Below the pieces are notes generated by a model that did no database searches, was not told where the DNA came from, and saw only the letters and a program-made list of their open reading frames with translations. The position numbers and the translations under genes were made by a program. This document shows positions 1 through 6,768 of a DNA stretch of 17,442 bases, piece by piece (within the stretch, counting starts at the first letter, position 1; every line of letters starts with the position of its first letter). The stretch is from Bdellovibrionota bacterium (GTDB lineage Bacteria > Bdellovibrionota_C > UBA2361 > OMIW01): NCBI GenBank assembly GCA_044345055.1, contig JBIJBT010000061.1, positions 1 to 17,442 on the forward strand, given 5' to 3'.

Positions 1-90
1 AAAAGTCATGCTTAGTAAAATCAGTTACTTGAGGGGTAATTTGGTTGGAATGTTGAGGGTAACTGTCAAAGTCGGGAGCGGAAGAAATGT

Positions 91-120
91 GACGGTGATT
101 GCTCAGACGGTGATTGCTCA
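91..120. repeat. Perfect 15-nt tandem duplication (GACGGTGATTGCTCA x2)
   Basis: 91-105 and 106-120 are identical. Confidence 0.9.
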
Positions 121-170
121 ATAGTGGCAATTTTTAATGGGTGATATTCCTCGATGTTATGCGATTCAAC

Positions 171-1130
171 CTAACGCAGAATATGCCTTATCCAAGGTTC
201 AATTGTTCTTTTCTCCACCTCAAAAGATCGACATACACCAAGCTTGACGTGTCTTAAATACTCTTCCTGTGAGACTCCGGGCGCCTCCAAAGCAGCTTCG
301 GGGGCAAGGCCGATGATGTCGGATGAAACAGCATCGCAACCAACACTCTTTGCAGCCGTAGATACAGCATCCCACACAGCCCATAAGCTCGTGGCGCGAT
401 AATCGAGGAGATTGCACGAAACTTCTGCGCAGCGATGCGCCTCTTCGTACCATCCGATGGCTCGAAGATAGGGCAGTGCATGAGGGCGGCCTGACGGGCC
501 GGTGGTGCGGATGGCGGCAGCGATCTTAGAGGCTGCTCCAACATCGCTCGTCGAGAGCTGAATGTTGTATGCAATAAGAATATCGCGAGCACCGGTGATA
601 AGGGCACCGAGTTTGGGGTGGAGGGGGGCTGAACCATAATCGGGGGTGAGGGTGCGCTGTTCGAGACGAGCGCTGAGACGAGCAATGCCGCCGCGTCGAA
701 GTTCTGGAAGTGTCTGATGCTCGATTTTTCTGGCTGCAGCACCGTACAGGAAGCAGGGGAGACTGTAGGTTTTTGCGGCCCAGCAAGCTAGCCGCTCGGC
801 GCATGCGATTGCATCCTCCATCGTTGCGGTCCCTAATGGAATAAACGGGGCAACATCGACCGCTCCGACGCATGGGTGGGTGCCGGTATGGGTGCGCATA
901 TCTATGACATCAGCAGCAGTGGCTACCAGCGCGCAACAGCTTGCTACGACCTGATCGGAAGTTCCGAGCAGCGTAATAACAGTTCGGTTTGCCGAGATGC
1001 TGGTGTCTACGTGCGCAACAAGAGCTCCGCCACTCTCAGCAGCAGAAACAAGTTGTTTCACGGCCTCCGGATCGGCTCCTGCACTGACATTTGGCACCGC
1101 CTCTATCAACTTTTCATCGATCAATTTCAT
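171..1130 (-). CDS. ftcD: Glutamate formimidoyltransferase (stand-alone FT domain of FTCD)
   Basis: 319 aa. N-terminal IEAVPNVSAG resembles ECVPNFSEG. Also NRTVIT, IDMRTHTGTHPCVGAVDVAPFIP (canonical HPRxGAxDVxPFxP), LPCFLYG, GARDILIAYNI and AIGWY...EVSCNLLDY. No cyclodeaminase domain. Confidence 0.88.
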   Translation of the reverse strand: MKLIDEKLIEAVPNVSAGADPEAVKQLVSAAESGGALVAHVDTSISANRTVITLLGTSDQVVASCCALVATAADVIDMRTHTGTHPCVGAVDVAPFIPLGTATMEDAIACAERLACWAAKTYSLPCFLYGAAARKIEHQTLPELRRGGIARLSARLEQRTLTPDYGSAPLHPKLGALITGARDILIAYNIQLSTSDVGAASKIAAAIRTTGPSGRPHALPYLRAIGWYEEAHRCAEVSCNLLDYRATSLWAVWDAVSTAAKSVGCDAVSSDIIGLAPEAALEAPGVSQEEYLRHVKLGVCRSFEVEKRTIEPWIRHILR

Positions 1131-1235
1131 CCAAAACCCTTGCTTTTATTCGTCATCATCGGCGATGATTTAGAAAGTCGACGGTGGCAGGTCCCTCTGT
1201 GGTTAGGAGTCCCTCTGTTGACAGGACACTGTAAG

Positions 1236-1263
1236 GTTATTGCGGTAAAGTTATTGCGGTAAA
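1236..1263. repeat. Perfect 14-nt tandem duplication (GTTATTGCGGTAAA x2) just upstream of the tRNA
   Basis: 1236-1249 equals 1250-1263. A TTGACA lies at 1218-1223 but has no well-spaced -10. Confidence 0.85.
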
Positions 1264-1268
1264 GTTAA

Positions 1269-1342
1269 GGCGGCGTAGCTCAGCTGGTTAGAGCGCGGCA
1301 CTCATAATGCCGAGGTCGGTGGTTCGAGTCCACCCGCCGCTA
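1269..1342 (+). tRNA. tRNA-Met (CAT), probably elongator; CCA not encoded
   Basis: Cloverleaf: acceptor GGCGGCG/CGCCGCT plus discriminator A, D arm TAGCTCAGCTGGTTAGAGC, anticodon arm CGGCA-CTCATAA-TGCCG, T arm GGTGG-TTCGAGT-CCACC. It lacks the C1:A72 mismatch and the GGG/CCC anticodon stem of fMet. G4:C69 argues against Ile2. Confidence 0.95.
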
Positions 1343-1669
1343 TTTTTTCCGTAGGCTTTTTCTCCCATTCGGCTGTTTCCCATCGCCCTCCGACAAAAGT
1401 TCCCCTCAAATTAAGGCGTCCCGCCCTAGAAGATCCGTTAAAAATAATAAGACTTAGCTAAAAATTAAAACCCATAGTTATACAATCCCGCACCACCATA
1501 TCGGACTCTCAACGTTACTCGGTAAGGACCGATGTCGTCAAACTAGGGTGGCCGTCGTTTGGAACATTCGGTGGCCCAGACTTTAGCGTTACGCCTCATT
1601 AGAAAATGACATTGAAGAGGAACCGTTCTAAAAGGTGCGTCGGGGCGCTTTTGAGGCAGCGAGGGAGGT

Positions 1670-1735
1670 TCTTCCTGAGGGGAGTTATCGATAGGGGGCA
1701 GCTAACGTTAAGAAACATCTGGGGGACAAGATCCC
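1670..1735 (+). repeat. 66-nt direct repeat, copy A (left of the AAA_14 gene)
   Basis: Matches 3180-3245 at 62/66 positions (offset 1510). Confidence 0.92.
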
Positions 1736-1738
1736 ATG

Positions 1739-1767
1739 GACCTCTATGCCTCTTAGGTAAAGAGGTC
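1739..1767. repeat. Palindromic ATAGAGGT-family element (degenerate)
   Basis: GACCTCTATGCCT-CTT-AGGTAAAGAGGTC; contains ACCTCTAT-GCC-TCTTAG at 1740-1756. Confidence 0.75.
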
Positions 1768-1877
1768 TAGGGGACAAGGTTAAGACATCTCGCGCTCATC
1801 CCTAACAACTACATCCTGATTACACATCCTTGCCACTCACTGAGATTAGCCCCCCACTGTTCCGCCTCAGTCCCTCT

Positions 1878-3044
1878 TCATAACCTCACCAACCATGAGA
1901 AAAAATCTTGCCACGGCATGAACGTGATCCCGTCAGCGGTATACGGACGCACACCTGTGGTGACGCAGATCTGTTTGGCTATAGGTCCGTGGCGATTTAA
2001 AGATTCGAAGCCGCCCCCAAGATCCTCTCGCGCAACATCGCTCGCACTCTTTATCTCGACTCCGTAACGGATCCGATCTGGCGTAATGATCACGAGATCC
2101 ACCTCTGCACCCGCATCGGTGCGATAAAAAAATGTCTGACAATTTTTCCGATAGTAGCTATTTATACGCCAGACTTCAGAGATTACCCATGACTCAAAGA
2201 GCGAGCCAAACTCGTACGTGCCCTCGCTCAGCGGCACCTGTTCTCTGCCGAGGATCGCGCGAATTACCCCCGTATCGAAAAGGTAGAATTTTGGCCGCTT
2301 TGAGAGTTGTTGTCGGGTAGAGCCGACTAGCGGAAAGAGAAATCTGCCGAGAAGGGTGTCCTCAAGGATCTGATAGTAGCCCCGTATTGTCGAATGATTC
2401 ATCGAACACATACGAGCGATTTTAGAGAAGTTTAGCTCTTGCCCATTTGATTCCCCGGCCAACGGCAAAAATCGGAGAAATCCGCCCAGATTGCGAACAG
2501 CCGCTTCAGCTTCGATCTCCTCTTTCAGATAGGTATCCACATACGCACGAAGCCGTGCCGCCCGCTCACTACGATCGTTTTCAAGATATATCGAGGGGAG
2601 CGTTCCACTCTCAATGGCTCGCTCAAGAATAAACTTCTCTCCGAGCTCCTCAACAGTGAGTGGATAAAGCTCGATTGAGGAAGCCCTCCCTCCGAGAAGA
2701 TTCGCCTGCGCTCGCTTTAATTTTCGCGCACTCGACCCGGTCAGAATAAAATAGGGCGATTCAGGAGACTCGATAATTGCATGCACCTCATCGAGCAGCT
2801 CCGGGATTCTTTGAACTTCATCGATAATCACATACTTTACCGAAGGGGGACGGCTTGCAACTTCAACCGCAAGCAACGAGGGATCCCGCTTTAATCGCCG
2901 AAACTCCCGCGAAAGAAGAAGATCAATATAAAGAACCTCCTCCGCCACAAATGCCCGCCGCACCAAAAAACTCTTCCCCGTCTGTCGAGGGCCAAATAGA
3001 AAAAAGTGCCTATTTGTCGGCAGCTTAACTAATCGTGTAATCAT
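1878..3044 (-). CDS. AAA_14 family ATP-binding protein with C-terminal DUF4143 (PD-(D/E)xK-like) domain
   Basis: 388 aa. Walker A FGPRQTGKS, Walker B IIDEVQR, FILTGSS, LLGGRA, PKFYLFDTG, GSLFESWV and FFYRTDAGAEVDLV...GVEIKS. Confidence 0.9.
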   Translation of the reverse strand: MITRLVKLPTNRHFFLFGPRQTGKSFLVRRAFVAEEVLYIDLLLSREFRRLKRDPSLLAVEVASRPPSVKYVIIDEVQRIPELLDEVHAIIESPESPYFILTGSSARKLKRAQANLLGGRASSIELYPLTVEELGEKFILERAIESGTLPSIYLENDRSERAARLRAYVDTYLKEEIEAEAAVRNLGGFLRFLPLAGESNGQELNFSKIARMCSMNHSTIRGYYQILEDTLLGRFLFPLVGSTRQQLSKRPKFYLFDTGVIRAILGREQVPLSEGTYEFGSLFESWVISEVWRINSYYRKNCQTFFYRTDAGAEVDLVIITPDRIRYGVEIKSASDVAREDLGGGFESLNRHGPIAKQICVTTGVRPYTADGITFMPWQDFFSWLVRL

Positions 3045-3050
3045 AATCGA

Positions 3051-3059
3051 AGTATACCA
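3051..3059 (-). promoter_or_regulatory. Extended -10 promoter (TG-G-TATACT), predicted leaderless transcript for the AAA_14 gene
   Basis: The minus strand reads TGGTATACT-TCGATT-ATG, so the -10 ends 6 nt before the ATG. No Shine-Dalgarno sequence. Confidence 0.55.
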
Positions 3060-3092
3060 CCGAAATTGCGATTAGAGAACAAAAATAGGAGT

Positions 3093-3114
3093 GGGTGGGT
3101 GGGGAGGGTTGGGG
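3093..3114 (+). other. Potential G-quadruplex motif GGGTGGGTGGGGAGGGTTGGGG
   Basis: Five G-tracts of 3 or more with 1-2 nt loops, in intergenic DNA. Confidence 0.6.
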
Positions 3115-3122
3115 TCTTATCG

Positions 3123-3177
3123 TTACCCTATACCTCTACACCTCTGAGGTATAGAGGTAAGGGTATAGAGGTAAGGG
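3123..3177. repeat. Palindromic ATAGAGGT-family element with an internal 14-nt tandem duplication
   Basis: TACCTCTACACCTC-T-GAGGTATAGAGGTA hairpin at 3131-3159. TATAGAGGTAAGGG occurs twice (3150-3163, 3164-3177). 3131-3164 is identical to 3433-3466. Confidence 0.9.
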
Positions 3178-3179
3178 GC

Positions 3180-3245
3180 TCTTCCCGAGGGCAGTTATCT
3201 ATAGGGGGCGGCTAACGTTAAGAAACATCTGGGGGACAAGATCCC
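3180..3245 (+). repeat. 66-nt direct repeat, copy B (right of the AAA_14 gene)
   Basis: 62/66 identical to 1670-1735. Confidence 0.92.
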
Positions 3246-3325
3246 TGGGTGCGCGGACCTCCGGTCCGCATGAAGCACTGCCGTACCTCGAAGAGATGCG
3301 GACCGGAGGCCTGAGTGTACCCAGG
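3244..3325. repeat. REP doublet / REPIN-like element (GC-rich, second family)
   Basis: CCTGGGTGC-GCGGACC-TCC-GGTCCGC-AT (3244-3271) with an inverted partner ATGCGGACCGGAGG...ACCCAGG (3296-3325). They share a perfect 14-nt inverted core and 7-nt inverted ends. Confidence 0.75.
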
Positions 3326-3417
3326 CGGGCTGGTCGTTACTCAATTTTAACAGGTGCGGAAGCCCAAGAGGAATCGCCGATTTTAACAGCTTGCCACACC
3401 CCCAATCAGAGCAAAAA

Positions 3418-3466
3418 CCTTACCTCTACCCTTACCTCTACACCTCTGAGGTATAGAGGTAAGGGT
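3418..3466. repeat. Palindromic ATAGAGGT-family element (19-nt arms, 1 mismatch)
   Basis: ACCCTTACCTCTACACCTC-T-GAGGTATAGAGGTAAGGGT at 3428-3466. CCTTACCTCTAC occurs in tandem at 3418-3429 and 3430-3441. Confidence 0.9.
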
Positions 3467-3534
3467 GTGAGGTTATTGGAAATCATAGGGGTGAATAAAT
3501 ACTATAAACGTTCACCGGAGAATAATCCGGTCCA

Positions 3535-3816
3535 TCATCTGATGAATCGAGCTTGACCAAATTCGAGAATGCTCTGACCGGAATCGTCACCGATAACCAA
3601 CTGAATTGCCGGTTTTAGGGTGGTACTTTCGAGCTCTCCTTTCATCAAGCAGACCTCAAACCGGTACACACCCCGCGTGCCGGTTGGGGCAATGGTAACC
3701 TTTAGCCTCGCTGCACCTTCCAATCCCTTGTCTTTTTTTAAAAACTTTAACTTTTTAGCAAAATCTTCCCCGAAGTTTCTCCCATCAGAGGCATACAGTG
3801 GGATGGACCCCCCCCC
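3535..3816 (-). pseudogene. Probable 5'-truncated gene fragment, unknown protein
   Basis: The 62-aa track ORF (TTG at 3723) stays open upstream to 3816 (GGGSIPLYASDGRNFGEDFAKKLKFLKKDKG...) with no ATG in that extension. The frame is bounded by a TAA inside the palindromic element at 3817-3819. Confidence 0.4.
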
Positions 3817-3847
3817 TTACCTCTATACATAAGAGGTATAGAGATAA
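3817..3847. repeat. Palindromic ATAGAGGT-family element
   Basis: TTACCTCTATAC-ATAAGAG-GTATAGAGATAA: 12-nt arms with 1 mismatch, preceded by a C9 run. Confidence 0.8.
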
Positions 3848-3996
3848 CAGGCTTTTCATTTGCCTCAACTCAAACTTCCTCTAAGCTCGCTAGAAACCCT
3901 CCTCACTCACAGGCGCAACCCTGTGCCACTCAAAGAGGGTTAATTCACGCTTCAGCGCTACCCCGACCACCGGCTCTAACCTCCTCTGAATCACCC

Positions 3997-5259
3997 TCAC
4001 CCAATCGAAGCCAATATAACTTGCCCAAACTTTCGCTGTACATCTTCAGCCGATAAGCTCTTTGGATCGATGCTGCTATCTGAGAAATCGGGGTGATAGC
4101 GGAGCATGTGCTCGAGAACTGCGCGGTCGTGCTCCGATTTGGCGAGGATATTAAAGACGCTTTGGCCAATAATTTGGTAATCGTAAATACCCCACTGTAC
4201 GAGCTGGATGATGTAGGTTGCTGCCTGAAGGAGCTCTTCGGGAGCAGGGGGGCGGTCGAAGCTATACGAGCCACCGCCAAACCGCATCCGGTCGGCGATC
4301 CCGACGAGATTAGCGATGAGCCGTGGGTCGCAGAAAGGGGAGAGTATCTCTCGTTCGAGCGTTGAATCGAGGTAGGTCATTACAACAGGTTGACATCTTC
4401 GCAGTAGCGCCTCGTCGACCACTCGGTTGAAGTTTTTCGTGAAGATAATCAAAAGATTGTTCGGATTTGCATCGATCGGAGGGCGGGATTCGAGCCAGAT
4501 GCGGGCATCCTGAATCGGTCCGAGAAAAAAGGTGTCGATAGAGGAATCAGGTTTGTCGAGCTCATCTACTAGGAGAATCACGGGGTGATCGTTCGAGCGG
4601 AGAAATGCGCGGGATAAAATACCGAGATTCATTAAATCTTCTGGGTTCTCGGAGCCGCCCCGAGCCATCGCGTTGGCGAGAGCGAGAGTTGAAGGCGATT
4701 CGATAAGATTTTGGCTCGGCATACCGCGATAGCAACTAAGACACATCAGTTCTGCTCCCGCTATCTTAGCGAGCGATTTTGCGAGGAAGCTTTTCCCGCA
4801 TCCTGATGGACCTTCGAGAAGTAGTGAACGAATGCTTGTTCGCTCTGAATTAAGGCAGAGGGCGATCTGAATGGCGAGGTACGGGAGGCACTGGTATCCA
4901 ACCTCGGAAAATTTTCGGGTTAAATCCTGCGGAGATCCGACATGCGCAAATCCCGGTTTCTCAACGGGATAATCAGAGACGAACTGAGTGTTGATATATT
5001 GCCCATACCGGGTGTTGGTTTTTGGTGCTTGGGCGGTGGAAGAGGGGGATGGGGTGGTGGAAGCTTCCGGCGGGGCTGAAACGAGCCCGAGATGAGTTGG
5101 GTGGGGGCCTGAGGCGGCTGGAGAAAACGCGGCAAGAGATGCCACGGATTCTGGAGCGATCGTCCCGTGACCGAGAGCGACAGTTCCCAGTGCGGCAGCT
5201 CCTCCCCCCGCCGCCAGCGCCGCCTCGGCCCGCCTTTTCATTCGCCGTTTCGGTAACAT
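3997..5259 (-). CDS. MoxR-family (CoxD/AAA_5-like) AAA+ ATPase with Ala/Pro/Ser-rich N-terminal extension
   Basis: 420 aa. Walker A LLLEGPSGCGKSFLAKSLA, LSCYRG, Walker B ILLVDELDK, sensor-I-like IIFTKN and arginine finger EALLRRC. Confidence 0.82.
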   Translation of the reverse strand: MLPKRRMKRRAEAALAAGGGAAALGTVALGHGTIAPESVASLAAFSPAASGPHPTHLGLVSAPPEASTTPSPSSTAQAPKTNTRYGQYINTQFVSDYPVEKPGFAHVGSPQDLTRKFSEVGYQCLPYLAIQIALCLNSERTSIRSLLLEGPSGCGKSFLAKSLAKIAGAELMCLSCYRGMPSQNLIESPSTLALANAMARGGSENPEDLMNLGILSRAFLRSNDHPVILLVDELDKPDSSIDTFFLGPIQDARIWLESRPPIDANPNNLLIIFTKNFNRVVDEALLRRCQPVVMTYLDSTLEREILSPFCDPRLIANLVGIADRMRFGGGSYSFDRPPAPEELLQAATYIIQLVQWGIYDYQIIGQSVFNILAKSEHDRAVLEHMLRYHPDFSDSSIDPKSLSAEDVQRKFGQVILASIG

Positions 5260-5269
5260 GACGCTATTT

Positions 5270-5297
5270 CTCTTAAAAGATCCCCCTCTTAAAAGAT
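5270..5297. promoter_or_regulatory. Direct repeat CTCTTAAAAGAT x2 (each containing the TCTT-N2-AAGA dyad), candidate operator
   Basis: Copies at 5270-5281 and 5286-5297, 11-38 nt upstream of the ATPase start, in the divergent ATPase/bioF intergenic region. Confidence 0.4.
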
Positions 5298-5342
5298 GCG
5301 GCTAAATGACTAAGCACGACCGTTCAAAGCGGGATAAAGAGG

Positions 5343-5348
5343 TATAAT
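5343..5348 (+). promoter_or_regulatory. Candidate -10 box (TATAAT) for the bio operon
   Basis: Perfect TATAAT about 240 nt upstream of bioF; no convincing -35. Confidence 0.3.
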
Positions 5349-5585
5349 CTCAGCGATGACGATCGAATTCAAGAGGTGTGCTCAGAGGTTATCGTCATGG
5401 TGCGCATTTTAGTTTAGCAGGGTGATGAAAAAGGATGTCCTGTAGGGCGCTTACCAACTCTTAGAGGCTGCGAAATAAGGGGATTTCGGACGATGGCACC
5501 TCCTTCATTTGTCTCAAAGCCCTCTCGGTGTTAGAACAGGGGTGTTTTTTGGTTCATGATTCAACTGCAGTAAACAAATCAAGAT

Positions 5586-6731
5586 ATGAAGTCGTTTGAT
5601 GGGCACATCGCTGAGCTGCTAGAGGAGCTGCGTTGTAAAGGGATGCTGCGCGAACTTCCCTCGGGATGTGATTGGCTTATCGATCTTTGCTCTAACGATT
5701 ATCTCGGATTTGCTCGCTCATCGATTTTGCGGGAGCAGATTGCTGCGCAGCTTTTAATTGCCGAGAAGCAGGTAGGAAGTACTGGGTCGCGGTTGCTGAC
5801 CGGCAATTCACTACTAGCGGAGGAAACTGAGAGCAGGGTTGCATCGTGGTTAAGGGGAAAGGCGGCGCTTCTTTTTTCAACGGGGTATGCGGCAAATGTT
5901 GGACTACTATCAGCGGTAGCGGGGCGCGAGGATGTTGTGTTGTACGACGAGCTGGTTCATGCCTCGATTCGGGACGGAATTAGGCTTAGCGGCGCGAAGG
6001 GGTGGAAATTTCGGCATAATGATCTATCGGATCTTGAGGCGCTAATTCGGCGTGCTCCGCGGCGGGGACGGATCGTCGTAGTTGTCGAGGGAGTGTATTC
6101 GATGGATGGGGATCGTGCTCCTCTCGAGAAAATCGTTGAGCTGTGCGAGAAAAATGGGTGCGATTGTATTGTTGATGAGGCGCATAGCACCGGCATACTT
6201 GGGCCACACGGCGCGGGTCTTGTAGTTGAGCAGGGATTAGAAAATCGGGTGGCTGCGCGGGTTCACACTTTCGGTAAGGCTGCTGGCGTTCACGGTGCTG
6301 CGGTTGTCGGCTCCGAACAGCTGCGCTGCTTACTTATAAATCGAGCTCGGAGCTTTATCTATTCGACCGCTCCTGCTGATAGTTTTTTTATCGCTATTGG
6401 AGAGGCAGCAAAAACCCTCGCAGGCTCCGAGGGAGAGCAAGCAAGAAAGCTGCTATGGGAGCGAATACAACAAATGAAGTTAATTCTTGCTCGCATTGGT
6501 TTTGATTGGGAGGGAATGAGTCCTATTTTTCCTTTCATTTTTCCCGGAGTCAGCCGGGTTCGGCAGGCCGCCGCCATCGCGCGAGAGGCGGGCTTTCACG
6601 TTCTTCCAATCGTATCCCCGACAGTCCCTGCAGGTTTGGAACGAATTCGACTATGCCTCCATTCATTTGACACTGTGGCTTCATATCGAGACATTATAGA
6701 GCTGCTTTCATCGGCTCGCGTTGGTGGATAA
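5586..6731 (+). CDS. bioF: 8-amino-7-oxononanoate synthase
   Basis: 381 aa. LCSNDYLG, GSTGSRLLTG, FSTGYAANVG, HASIRDG, EGVYSMDGD, VDEAH, PLP lysine in TFGKA and PTVP..RIR. Adjacent to bioD. Confidence 0.93.
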   Translation: MKSFDGHIAELLEELRCKGMLRELPSGCDWLIDLCSNDYLGFARSSILREQIAAQLLIAEKQVGSTGSRLLTGNSLLAEETESRVASWLRGKAALLFSTGYAANVGLLSAVAGREDVVLYDELVHASIRDGIRLSGAKGWKFRHNDLSDLEALIRRAPRRGRIVVVVEGVYSMDGDRAPLEKIVELCEKNGCDCIVDEAHSTGILGPHGAGLVVEQGLENRVAARVHTFGKAAGVHGAAVVGSEQLRCLLINRARSFIYSTAPADSFFIAIGEAAKTLAGSEGEQARKLLWERIQQMKLILARIGFDWEGMSPIFPFIFPGVSRVRQAAAIAREAGFHVLPIVSPTVPAGLERIRLCLHSFDTVASYRDIIELLSSARVGG

Positions 6732-6768
6732 AAAGTCAATTTAGCATCTGCTTATCGTGGAATCCCAA

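Noticed and set aside
1269..1342. Initiator tRNA-fMet or tRNA-Ile2
   Set aside because: The 1:72 position is paired (G:U), the anticodon stem lacks three G:C pairs, and position 4:69 is G:C rather than C:G.
1411..1428. TTAAGGCGTCCCGCCCTA as an att-like remnant of the tRNA ends
   Set aside because: Only short 6-8 nt matches, compatible with chance. I saw no proper duplication of the tRNA 3' end in the window.
1670..3245. Integron attC sites (TAAC/GTTA within the repeat)
   Set aside because: TAAC and GTTA are directly adjacent rather than at the ends of a 55-140 nt hairpin. There are no L boxes and no integron integrase.
3296..3556. 86-aa + strand ORF
   Set aside because: It runs through the repeat elements (LTSTLTST is the tandem repeat translated) and is probably spurious.
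3123..3847. CRISPR array
   Set aside because: Repeat spacing is irregular (hundreds of nt), there are no uniform spacers and no cas genes.
5525..5580. BirA operator upstream of bioF
   Set aside because: No adequate match to TGTAAACC-N14/15-GGTTTACA.
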